DNA of 64,000 bases from an uncultured delta proteobacterium (GTDB lineage Bacteria > Desulfobacterota > Binatia > UBA9968), in NCBI GenBank assembly GCA_963728565.1, contig CAVSLC010000013.1:438214-502213 (forward strand). Direction: 5' to 3'. Made by a program: the position numbers and the translations under genes. The notes under the pieces are model-generated. The model made no database searches. It saw only the letters and a list, made by a program, of their open reading frames with translations, and had not been told where the DNA came from. Numbering within the stretch: position 1 is the stretch's first letter; each line of letters begins with the position of its first letter. Positions 19,742 to 29,140 of the stretch are shown one piece after another.

Positions 19742-21082
19742 ATGACTATGCATTACTCGAAGAGATATAGCCCGCTACGATTGCTGATTTTACTTATCGT
19801 CGCGCTGTTCTTACCTGCTGGCGCTAACAGCGCCGACACGCCGGGGCGACCGCTCGAGAAGCTTACCATCGCGTACAGCTCTGTTTCCGGCAACATGGCG
19901 CCTTTATGGATAACCCACGAGCGCGGCTTCTTTCGCAAGAACGGTCTCGACGTGCAAATCGTCTTCATCGAAAGTGGCAGCACCGCAGTACAGAGCTTGA
20001 CTAATAAAGACGTGGCATTCGCGCAGATGGCCGGCGCTGGCGTGCTGCAGAGTCGCCTCAGAGGATCCGACGTGGTCATGATCGCGGGCTTTCTGAACAC
20101 TCTCGATTATCAACTGATGGTTGAGAAAAGCATCACCCGACCCGAACAACTCAAAGGCAAAACCATGGCGGTAAGCCGGTTTGGTTCTTCTTCGGATTTC
20201 GCCACCCGTTATGCGCTCGAAAAATTCGGCCTGGTGCCGGAAAAAGATGTTCCGATATTGGAAATTGGATCTCAGCCGGCGCGATTCGCCGCGCTGGAAT
20301 CCGGCAAAATCCAAGCGGCGATGATCGCCGTGCCCTTAACCGTCAGAGCCAAAGCCCTCGGCTTCCATGCTCTCGCCGATCTCCAAATGCTCGGTCTGGA
20401 ATATCAACATACCGGCTTGGTGACGACCCAGGCTCTGATCAAATCCCGCCCTGACATTGTTCGTAATGTGATGAAAGCTTACGTGGAAGGGATCCACTAC
20501 TATAAAACCAATCGCCCTGAATCGATCGCTATTCTGGCAAAATACTTAAAGACCAATGACTCGGAACTGCTGAACGAAGTCTATACCGACTTGGGCCTGA
20601 CGCTCACGCCGCAGAAACCTTATCCAACCCTACGGGGCATCGACATAATGCTGCGCGAACTGGCGGGGAGAGATGCAAAAGCCAAAACAGCGCGGCCGGA
20701 GGAGTTTGTCGACCTGACGTTCATCAAAGAGCTAGATAGCTCCGGCTATATCGATCGGCTTTATAAAACCCAGCCGGTAATCGCCAAGCGTCAGGAGTCC
20801 CCTGCCGCGGCACCGGCCGCTCCCAGCGCCAAAGCGCCGCTGCAGCCGAAAGCCGCGCCGCCTCCGGCGAAGGTCGCCACGGCAAAGCCGGCTGCTGCTG
20901 CAGATGCTCCCAGTGAGGGTTCGCAAGAATACACCGTTGTTCCCGGAGACACTCTCAGCCACCTGGCACAGCGTTTTTATGGAGATCATTACAGGTGGAA
21001 CAAAATCTTTGAGGCGAACAAGGCGACGATGAAGAATCCCAATTTTTTGTTCATCGGGCAAAAGATATTCATCCCCTCATGA
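19742..21082 (+). CDS. NMT1/THI5-like substrate-binding protein fused to a Pro/Ala linker and LysM domain
   Basis: SBP motifs (GFFRKNGLDV, LKGKTMAVSRFGS, PYPT, SGYIDRLY); PAAAPAAP linker; YTVVPGDTLSHLAQRFYG...NPNFLFIGQKIFIP LysM. Confidence 0.9.
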   Translation: MTMHYSKRYSPLRLLILLIVALFLPAGANSADTPGRPLEKLTIAYSSVSGNMAPLWITHERGFFRKNGLDVQIVFIESGSTAVQSLTNKDVAFAQMAGAGVLQSRLRGSDVVMIAGFLNTLDYQLMVEKSITRPEQLKGKTMAVSRFGSSSDFATRYALEKFGLVPEKDVPILEIGSQPARFAALESGKIQAAMIAVPLTVRAKALGFHALADLQMLGLEYQHTGLVTTQALIKSRPDIVRNVMKAYVEGIHYYKTNRPESIAILAKYLKTNDSELLNEVYTDLGLTLTPQKPYPTLRGIDIMLRELAGRDAKAKTARPEEFVDLTFIKELDSSGYIDRLYKTQPVIAKRQESPAAAPAAPSAKAPLQPKAAPPPAKVATAKPAAAADAPSEGSQEYTVVPGDTLSHLAQRFYGDHYRWNKIFEANKATMKNPNFLFIGQKIFIPS

Positions 21083-21219
21083 TTTGAAGTGACTTTTGCC
21101 AGTACAGCATGACGTTTTGAGACTTGCGGCGGAGTAAGTTTAGTTGAGCGCTGTGATAGTTCTGCCTATCTTCCCAAACGACAACAGGCGCCGCGGTTCG
21201 AAGACGGAGGAGTGAAGCG

Positions 21220-21612
21220 ATGGCTCAGATCAAGCATATTGCTATACGGACTCGCGATGTCGATCAAACCGCTGCTTTTTACAAGGATGCGTTCGGTCTT
21301 ACTCAGGTGGGGATGGGGAAAAATGGCGTCTATCTAACCGATGGCCATCTTAATATCGCAATCCTCAAATACCAGCAGGGCAAAGATGGCGAACCTTTGA
21401 GATTGGGCGTCGATCATGTTGGTTTCCAAGTCGAAGATCTTGATACCGCTCTAGCCCAGGTCGAATCGTTGCATGGAAAGGCGTTGACTGAACCGGTCGA
21501 AGTTAGCCCGAAAGATGCCGCAGAGCGGCAGTCCTATTACGAAATCAAATGCGTCGGTCCGGACGAACAGGTAATCGACATCTCCACCGTCGGCTGGGTA
21601 GGCGCCAGATAG
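21220..21612 (+). CDS. VOC/glyoxalase family protein
   Basis: IKHIAI, FYKDAFGL, DHVGFQVED, GPD motifs. Confidence 0.88.
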   Translation: MAQIKHIAIRTRDVDQTAAFYKDAFGLTQVGMGKNGVYLTDGHLNIAILKYQQGKDGEPLRLGVDHVGFQVEDLDTALAQVESLHGKALTEPVEVSPKDAAERQSYYEIKCVGPDEQVIDISTVGWVGAR

Positions 21613-21867
21613 CAGAAAATGTTTGCCGAGGCGCCCGGCGCCCACCGCTTTCCCGATTGGTCGGAAAACACCTCAAAGCGCGATCAAGTTACCAGCTCGA
21701 AAAATCGACTTTGCCTCACGACACAATTTGCTGAGCAGTTGACACCCTACCAGGCCCAGGAGCTAAAGGGAGGCTGCAGATAATTCACCCGCCGTGAATT
21801 TTTCTGCGGCAGCATGGCGCATCAACCGCCGTGAAAGCCGAACTCAGAGTCACAAACAAGCGGGAGT

Positions 21868-23208
21868 CTAGCGGATATACCGCGCGCGCGGCAATGCCAG
21901 ATGAATCGCCAGCATGGCCAAGGCCCCGGCGGTTCCCATGAGCGCAACGGCGGCGCGGGTTCCTGACAGGGTCGCCAAGGCGCCGATCAGCATGCTTCCT
22001 AAAGTCATGACAACGTTGCTCATGTGGAAGACAGACATTGTTCGACCGCGAAATTCAGACGGAGAGTAGCTTTGAATCACGGTTTGAACCAGCGCATGAG
22101 AACAAACATTGGCAAACCCAACAACAACCATGAGCGTCATTGAAAGCTGAAACCATGGAGAGGCCGCAAATGCCACGACGCTGAGACCGTACAAGGCAAC
22201 GCCGCCGAGCATGAACAGCCCCCTGGGCATGCGGTCGCCGAAGGATGCTATGAGCACCGCGGTCGCCAACGCGCCCACGCCCATTGCCGTGAGAAGCAGC
22301 CCTTGGCCGTGGGCGCCGACGCCGAGAATATCCCGCGCAAACACCGGCAAAAGAGTTGTAAACGGCACGATGAACAGAGACGCAAACATCACCACGAGCA
22401 AAGCAGTGCGGACGGCTTCATTATGCCAGCTGAATCTCCAGCCTTCGATGATACTGCGAGCGAAAGAGCCGTGCAGTCCGGCGTGGCCGCCAGCGCTTGG
22501 CGAAGACGGCTGCGTCGGACGAAGTTGAATCGTCCAGATCGTGGCGAGAAGGTAACACACCGCTTGAGTGGCAAACGAGCCGCCAGTTCCGAAAGCCGCA
22601 ATCAGCACGCCAGCCAAGGCTGGGCCTGTGCTGCGCGCGACATTGAAGATGATCGAATTGAGACCTATGGCATTGGTCAGGTGAGTGGAAGGAATCGTAT
22701 CGGCAATCATCGCTGCGCGCGCCGGCTGCTGAAACGCCTGAACGACGGCCATGCCGAAAGCGGTCACGTAAACATGCCACGGTTCAACCCGACCGGTGAA
22801 AATCAGCCCAGCCAGAGCCGCAAGCATCAAACCATCGGCCACTTGGGCGATCATGATTTGCATCTTGCGCGAGTAACGATCAGCTGCGCTCCCAGCCACT
22901 GGAGACAGAAGCAGCGTGGGAATTGCCTGAACTCCACGGATTAAGCCGAGCTGCAGCGCCGAGTCGGTCAGTTCATAAATCAGCCACCCGCGTGAGACCT
23001 GATCCATCCAGAAAGCGACCGAGCTAAAAGAGTGGCCGAGCCAAAGCAGCCGGAAATCACGATACGCGAGCGCCTCGACGGCGCGGATTTTGGAGAACTT
23101 ATGCCGAATACCTGGCGGCGCAGTTTCATGGGGATGGGCAATCTCGCCTGCTACAGCAGTGTCGCCGCCATCTTCTGTAGTCGGTGGACTCAGGGTAAAC
23201 TCCGGCAA
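21868..23208 (-). CDS. MFS transporter (MFS_3/EntS-like)
   Basis: ALAYRDFRLLW, WLIYELTDS, QQPARAAM, GPALAG, RGRTMS; start uncertain. Confidence 0.9.
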   Translation of the reverse strand: MPEFTLSPPTTEDGGDTAVAGEIAHPHETAPPGIRHKFSKIRAVEALAYRDFRLLWLGHSFSSVAFWMDQVSRGWLIYELTDSALQLGLIRGVQAIPTLLLSPVAGSAADRYSRKMQIMIAQVADGLMLAALAGLIFTGRVEPWHVYVTAFGMAVVQAFQQPARAAMIADTIPSTHLTNAIGLNSIIFNVARSTGPALAGVLIAAFGTGGSFATQAVCYLLATIWTIQLRPTQPSSPSAGGHAGLHGSFARSIIEGWRFSWHNEAVRTALLVVMFASLFIVPFTTLLPVFARDILGVGAHGQGLLLTAMGVGALATAVLIASFGDRMPRGLFMLGGVALYGLSVVAFAASPWFQLSMTLMVVVGFANVCSHALVQTVIQSYSPSEFRGRTMSVFHMSNVVMTLGSMLIGALATLSGTRAAVALMGTAGALAMLAIHLALPRARYIR

Positions 23209-23214
23209 CGACCT

Positions 23215-23436
23215 TTCAAGTTCAACGGCTCAAGAGTTCAAGGTTCAATCAGCCGGTAATGCGAAGTGTCCAGCAACACAATTAGCAGATTCAAACTCCG
23301 AAAACATCGACGTCGAACTGTTGAGCTTCTGCCAACCGGCGCAATCAATTATTCGGCTCGTTGAGAGGATCAAATACTTTGCCGATCGCAAACCTTATTG
23401 GTCGTCCAGTCGGTGCCAAACGTTCAAGGTTTGAAC
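23215..23436. repeat. Intergenic GTTCAA/TTGAAC-rich repeat cluster A
   Basis: TTCAAGTTCAACGGCTCAAGAGTTCAAGGTTCAA, and later CGTTCAAGGTTTGAAC; same hexamer family as 32773 and 33434. Confidence 0.5.
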
Positions 23437-23443
23437 CGGCTTG

Positions 23444-24013
23444 CTAATCGGATCGCTGCGCCGATTCGACGCCGACTTTCCACAGGTAGAGGGTGTGATG
23501 TCTTTCAATGCCGGGGTCTTTGGTCGGTTCCAGTTGTAAAACCGTTGTCGGTTTCCAATCATCGATGTCGTAATCATGAGCGACGATGCGCGATCCCGGT
23601 TTTAACTTCTGCAGCTTAGGTTTGATCGCATTGTTGAACCATTTGAACATGTACAGAGTCACTACGGTGGCTTTGGAAATATCGGTCTGAGTACCGTCCT
23701 CGGCACGAAACTCAACTAGGTGGCTCACTCCTTCCTCCTTGGCCTTTTGTCTCGCCTCGGCCACCCGTTGCGGGTCTAGATCGATGCCGACGCCGCGTGT
23801 ACCGTATTTCTTAGCCGCCTGGATCAAAATACGGCCATCGCCGCTGCCGAGATCATAAAGAAAATCGTCTTTCCGGACCTCCGCCAGCTCAAGCATTTTC
23901 TCGACGACCGGCATGGTGCTCGGGACAAAAGGGATCGGGTCCTGGGACCATGCCAGCGAAATGCTCAAAACCAACAACAGCGCTGAAAGTGAGCCGATGA
24001 TACGAACCTTCAT
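23444..24013 (-). CDS. SAM-dependent methyltransferase, FAM173/aKMT-like, with N-terminal signal peptide
   Basis: MKVRIIGSLSALLLVLSISLAWSQ; PFVPS..VVEKML; YDLGSGDGR; ATVVTLY; LKPGSRIVAHDY. Confidence 0.85.
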   Translation of the reverse strand: MKVRIIGSLSALLLVLSISLAWSQDPIPFVPSTMPVVEKMLELAEVRKDDFLYDLGSGDGRILIQAAKKYGTRGVGIDLDPQRVAEARQKAKEEGVSHLVEFRAEDGTQTDISKATVVTLYMFKWFNNAIKPKLQKLKPGSRIVAHDYDIDDWKPTTVLQLEPTKDPGIERHHTLYLWKVGVESAQRSD

Positions 24014-24216
24014 GGGGGTTTACCTCGCAATTTAGAATGAATTTAAATCTGCATATCGCCCCAAACTATGGGGGATGGCTTCTAAATGCAACTACTCTGC
24101 CCCTGCTTCAGCGCTGGCATCAATCGATGGAATAAATATGACGCGGCTTGGCCTTGACAACACCGATGATGCTTGTTTGGTTTAGCACAGAGCAACTTCT
24201 TTGATGAGGCATCGTT

Positions 24217-24534
24217 ATGAACATTCCGGCTGTTTGGACACATCTCAGTGTCAATCTCTTGCTGCAGGCGTTTGACGGAATTCTAACCTATCGGGTTTTG
24301 TTGCTTGGCATACCCGAGGCGAACCCTCTTGTGAGCGCCTCCATCTATCACTGGGGCGAATTCTGGGGCTTACTTTTATGGAAGGCGCTTGCGTGCGTTT
24401 TGCTGTTGTTCATTTTTAGATTTCGGCACCAGCGCCAGAACCTCACGATTCAGGCCTACAGAATAACCGGCGGGGTGTATGGCTGGTTCGGTGTTTTGTC
24501 GTTATGTGAGTTGCTGATAGATCTCGACGCCTGA
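24217..24534 (+). CDS. Small membrane protein, DUF5658-like
   Basis: LQAFDGILTY...EANPL...K motif with three hydrophobic segments. Confidence 0.7.
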   Translation: MNIPAVWTHLSVNLLLQAFDGILTYRVLLLGIPEANPLVSASIYHWGEFWGLLLWKALACVLLLFIFRFRHQRQNLTIQAYRITGGVYGWFGVLSLCELLIDLDA

Positions 24535-24653
24535 TTGGATTGGCAGCTTAGCGGTCGTTGAAACTTCCGGGCTCCACGGGAGGGGCGTGACTGAGAGTAA
24601 TCCCTACCCCTCCCTTGCTCAATTTCCGAATTGCAAGCGTCGGCCGTTTTACA

Positions 24654-25670
24654 CTATCGGGCGCCGGCACGTTTTGCGCGCAAGAAGGCAGCCACGGCTA
24701 AACCCGCTCCCACCAGCGCTGACCCGGTCAGTACAGGGTGTAACGAAGCCCGGGTATAAAGACTGCTCTCAGCCACGTGTCCGACATAGCCGCCCCGTTC
24801 CTTAAGCTCGCCCGAGGAGCGGTACAATCCGTTTTCTTGGCTCGCGCCGGCGGGCCGATTGCTTTGCTGTTGCTTGATCATGGTTCTTTCCATGATTTTG
24901 TCGGCCATGCGCGGAGCGAAGCGGCCCAATAGAGAGATGCCTTTACCGCCGGCGCCGACGAACACGTCGCGTTCGGGAGTCTCGGCGCAGTGCAGAATGG
25001 CGCGGGCCACCGTCTCAGGGGCATACAGCGGCGGCGGATTTTTAGGCTCCACCGGCATATAGTTTTTCGCATGCTCGGTATAGGGCGTATCGATAGCGCC
25101 CGGCTTTACCAAGCTTACGGAGATTGGCGCGCCTTGGCTTTCAAGCTCCATGCGCAACGCATCGGTAAACCCTTTAACCGCATGCTTCGAGGCGCTGTAA
25201 ATTCCCTGCATCGGGATCGCCCGGTCCGATAAGGTGCTGCCGATGTTGATGATCGCTCCGCCGCGCTCTTTCAAGTGTCGCGCGGCTTCCAATGAGCCGT
25301 AGACCAGCCCCCAGAAATTGGTTTCGAAAACACGCCGCATATCTTCGATGGAAACTTCCGACAGCTTGCCGTAGATCGAAACGCCGGCGTTGTTAACCCA
25401 CGTGTCGAACCCGCCAAATTGTTCCTGAGCTGCTTGCGCCAGCCGCCGGACATCTTCCGCATCGCCGACATCGGCTCGGACCGCTATGGCTTGGCCGCCA
25501 TTGGCCTTGATCTCTTCCGTCAACTCTCGTAACTCCTCTTCGCTGCGTGCCGACAGAACCAGGCGCGCGCCGTGTTTGGCGGCCATGCGCGCTGTTACCA
25601 AACCAATCCCGGAGGACGCGCCGGTAATCACCATGATCTGCTCATTCAGTTTTCTAAGTGAGACTGCCAT
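24654..25670 (-). CDS. Short-chain dehydrogenase/reductase
   Basis: TGASSGIG, NNAG, YSASK catalytic motif, C-terminal TM tail. Confidence 0.93.
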   Translation of the reverse strand: MAVSLRKLNEQIMVITGASSGIGLVTARMAAKHGARLVLSARSEEELRELTEEIKANGGQAIAVRADVGDAEDVRRLAQAAQEQFGGFDTWVNNAGVSIYGKLSEVSIEDMRRVFETNFWGLVYGSLEAARHLKERGGAIINIGSTLSDRAIPMQGIYSASKHAVKGFTDALRMELESQGAPISVSLVKPGAIDTPYTEHAKNYMPVEPKNPPPLYAPETVARAILHCAETPERDVFVGAGGKGISLLGRFAPRMADKIMERTMIKQQQSNRPAGASQENGLYRSSGELKERGGYVGHVAESSLYTRASLHPVLTGSALVGAGLAVAAFLRAKRAGAR

Positions 25671-25918
25671 GTTTTCCTCCGTTCGTCTGATCGATCGCCG
25701 CTCCGAGACAACAGCGCAACCACTCCTAATAGGAACGGGTGTTCAAACGCTGTGCCAGGAAGAAAACGTTGCAGCCGCTGGATTCCGGCTTTGTCTCAGG
25801 TTTGGTTTTGTCGCACACGCAAAAAGCGTGTCGCTTGTGTGCAACGGACGGCAACTGAACTGATGAACTGGGTTGGCGCGGACGCAAGCTAAAGTGGCAG
25901 ACGAGGTGTTTAGAAGAG

Positions 25919-28900
25919 TCAGCGGATCGGCGGCCGCTGCGATTTCCAGCTGCCGATAAATCGGCGGCGCAAGTTGAAGAGCCGGCCGTGAGCCGTTGCG
26001 CGCTTCGAAAACAACAATCCGGCGGCGTCTTCAAACATCGAGTAAGCCACGGGTGTCACCAGTAAGGTTAAGAGCAGGCAGAGCGACTGTCCGCCGATGA
26101 CCACGACCGCCACAGCACGGCGCTCCTCGGCGCCCGGGCCCGACCCTAGCGCCAGCGGCAACATGCCCGCCACCAGTGCCAGTGTGGTCATCAGGATCGG
26201 CCGCAACCGGTCGCGGTTGGCGCGCAAGATGGCGGGCAACCGCTCCGTTCCCTCCTCGCGCAGCCGATTCATGTGGTCGATTTGCAGGATCGCATTCTTC
26301 TTGACCACGCCAAAGAGCACCAGTATGCCAAGCGCGGAGTAGAGATTGAGGGTATTACCGGTCAGCCACAATGAGAGTAACGCAAACGGCACGGACAGCG
26401 GCAGTGACAAAAGGATTGTCAGCGGATGAATCGTGCTTTCATACTGCGATGCCAGAATCATGTACATGAAAATGAATGACAACAAGAAAGCCCATAAAAA
26501 CTGGTTGAAGGTGCGTTGCAACTCGCGGCCGCGACCCGATACGCTAGTGGTGTATTCGGCGGGCAGATTCATCTCCCGTACGGCTCCATTCAGCGCCTCG
26601 ATGCGATCGGCAAGTGCATAACCGGGAGCGATCCCGGCGCGCAGACTTACCTGTCGCTGGCGGTCCAGGCGGTCGATACGCGACGCGCTCTGAGCCGGCT
26701 CCACCTGCACGAGATTGTCGAGCCGCACCAGCCCGGCGCCGGCGCGCGGAACATAGAGGCGGGAAATCACTCCGATGTCTTCGCGATCGTGCAGCGATAA
26801 GCGCAATTGCACATCATATTCTTCATTGACCGCCGGATCGATGAACCGCGATACTTCCTCGTCGCCGCCAACCATCAAGCGCAGCGCCGACGCGATATGC
26901 TCGGTATCGACGTTGAGATCCGCGGCGCGTTTGCGGTCGATCACCACCCGGAGTTCGGGGTTGTCGAGCTTAAGCGTGGTATCGGCGTCGATGATACCCA
27001 AATCCTTGGAGCGGATACGCAAACGCTCGGCATAATCGGCCAGCGCCTTGAGATCCGGGCCGCGCAAGACGAAGTCGATCTCCCAATTACCGCCGCCGAT
27101 GTTAAACGACGGCAGATTGCGCACGGAGGTGCGTAGATCGGAGAATCTGCTCAAACGGGCGCGAATCTGCTGCATGATGTCGCGCTGCGAAACGTTGCTG
27201 AACGCCGCCCAGGGTCTGCCATTGAGCGTCTCGCGCCAGAGCCGGCCAGACGAGAAAATCCTCTCCTCGTGCGGCGCGATGCGCACGTAGCATCCGCCCG
27301 AACCGACGCCGCTGATGAAACCGCCGCCGGCATCGCAAAGCATCAGGCGGACTGACGGAACCGCCCGCAGCTCGGTTTCGACGGCGCGCATGATCTCATC
27401 CATTGCCGCCAGACTGGTCCCTTGAGGGGCGGTTATGTTGACATCGAACTCGGCTTCGTCCACGTCACCGGGGATGTACTCCTGCCGGACCATCGTATAG
27501 AGCGGAACGGAAGAGAGCACGACCAACCCGGCAAATAGCATCACCGCAACGCGGTGCGCCAAAGACCACTGGAGCATTCTTTCGTAGTGGCGATCGATCC
27601 AGCCGTAAAAACCGCGCCGCGACCGCGGGTGATTGCCCTCCCCTTCCTTGTTCGCGTGTTGAGTATCGCTGATCATGCGCGCGCTCATCATCGGCGTGAG
27701 CGTAAAAGAGACCAGCAAACTGACCAGGACCGCCACTGAGGCGGTCAGACCGAATTGATAGAGAAATCGTCCCGAGATGCTCGACATGAATGAGACCGGA
27801 ACGAAAATTATCACCAGGCTGAAGGTCGTCGCCATGACCGCCAGACCGATTTCAGCAGTGGCGGCGCGCGCCGCCTCGAAAGGCTTCATCTTCTTTTCCT
27901 CGACGAAACGGAAGATGTTTTCGAGCACGACGATGGCATCGTCGATGACAATGCCGACCATCAGCACCAGCGCCAGCATGGTGACGCTGTTGAGGGTAAA
28001 GTCGAGCGCCCACATCATGCCGAAGGCTGAAATGACCGAGCTCGGAATTGCCACGGAGGCAATGATCGTGGAACGCCAACTGCGCATGAAAGCCAGCACT
28101 ACCAGACAGGCAAATAGGCTGCCCAAGATCAGATGGAAAGTGATCTCGTGCAGAGCGGCATAAATGTAACGGGACTGGTCGCGGATAATTTCAGTCCTGA
28201 CATCGCCCGGAAGTTGCCGGCTGACCCGGGCCAGATTTTCCTTCACCGACTCGATCACGGCAATGGTGTTGGCGCCCGACTGCCGCCTTACCTGGAGCTG
28301 TACCGTCGGTACGCCGTTGAGCCGCGCTAGCGATCGCTGTTCCTTGGTGCCGTCTTCCGCCGCACCGATGTCGCGGATGCGAATCGGGACGCCGTTCACC
28401 GTCGAGACCACCAGATCATTGAAAGCCTCCGGAACAACAATCCGCCCCATCGTGCGAAGCACCTGTTCGCGCGCTCCGGCGGTCACATTACCGCCCGGTA
28501 TGTCGGCGTTCTGCCGCTGGATCGCGTCCCTGACCGCGGTGATGGGTATTTGATACGCGGCTAAACGGTCGGCATCTACCCAAATGTTGATGGCACGTTC
28601 CAAGCCGCCGACGATACGAACCTCCCCTACACCCGCAGAGCGCTCGATCTGCACCTTGACGATTTTATCGGCGATCTCGGTCAACTCGCGCAACGATCGG
28701 TCGCCTGAAAGAGCGAGGGTAAGAATCGGCGAATCTTCGTTGTTGAATTTTGAAATGACGGGAGGATCGACTTCGCGCGGCAAACGGTTGAGCACCGTGG
28801 CCACCCGGTCACGGACATCCTGAGCCGCGACATCGATGTCGCGGTCCAAATTGAACGTGGCGATCACGAACGAGGTTCCCCGCCCGGATATGGAACGCAG

Positions 28901-29140
28901 CTCGTCGATTCCTTCGACGGTGTTGACGACTTCCTCGATGGGCTGTGAGATTACGGTCTCGACCTCTTCGGGGGAAGCGCCGGGCAAGGTAGTGCGCACC
29001 GAAACGTTGGGCAAGTCTACGGACGGGAAACGATCGACACCCAATCGGAAATAGCTCGCCGCGCCGACGACCACGAGCGCCAAGACAATCATCGAGGCAA
29101 ACACCGGACGTCGGATCGATACTTCCGCGAGCTTCTGCAT
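25919..29140 (-). CDS. RND efflux transporter permease (AcrB/MdtB-C family)
   Basis: 1073 aa; IRRPVFA, GIVIDDAIVVLENI, KKNAILQID, RLRPILMTT. Confidence 0.95.
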   Translation of the reverse strand: MQKLAEVSIRRPVFASMIVLALVVVGAASYFRLGVDRFPSVDLPNVSVRTTLPGASPEEVETVISQPIEEVVNTVEGIDELRSISGRGTSFVIATFNLDRDIDVAAQDVRDRVATVLNRLPREVDPPVISKFNNEDSPILTLALSGDRSLRELTEIADKIVKVQIERSAGVGEVRIVGGLERAINIWVDADRLAAYQIPITAVRDAIQRQNADIPGGNVTAGAREQVLRTMGRIVVPEAFNDLVVSTVNGVPIRIRDIGAAEDGTKEQRSLARLNGVPTVQLQVRRQSGANTIAVIESVKENLARVSRQLPGDVRTEIIRDQSRYIYAALHEITFHLILGSLFACLVVLAFMRSWRSTIIASVAIPSSVISAFGMMWALDFTLNSVTMLALVLMVGIVIDDAIVVLENIFRFVEEKKMKPFEAARAATAEIGLAVMATTFSLVIIFVPVSFMSSISGRFLYQFGLTASVAVLVSLLVSFTLTPMMSARMISDTQHANKEGEGNHPRSRRGFYGWIDRHYERMLQWSLAHRVAVMLFAGLVVLSSVPLYTMVRQEYIPGDVDEAEFDVNITAPQGTSLAAMDEIMRAVETELRAVPSVRLMLCDAGGGFISGVGSGGCYVRIAPHEERIFSSGRLWRETLNGRPWAAFSNVSQRDIMQQIRARLSRFSDLRTSVRNLPSFNIGGGNWEIDFVLRGPDLKALADYAERLRIRSKDLGIIDADTTLKLDNPELRVVIDRKRAADLNVDTEHIASALRLMVGGDEEVSRFIDPAVNEEYDVQLRLSLHDREDIGVISRLYVPRAGAGLVRLDNLVQVEPAQSASRIDRLDRQRQVSLRAGIAPGYALADRIEALNGAVREMNLPAEYTTSVSGRGRELQRTFNQFLWAFLLSFIFMYMILASQYESTIHPLTILLSLPLSVPFALLSLWLTGNTLNLYSALGILVLFGVVKKNAILQIDHMNRLREEGTERLPAILRANRDRLRPILMTTLALVAGMLPLALGSGPGAEERRAVAVVVIGGQSLCLLLTLLVTPVAYSMFEDAAGLLFSKRATAHGRLFNLRRRFIGSWKSQRPPIR

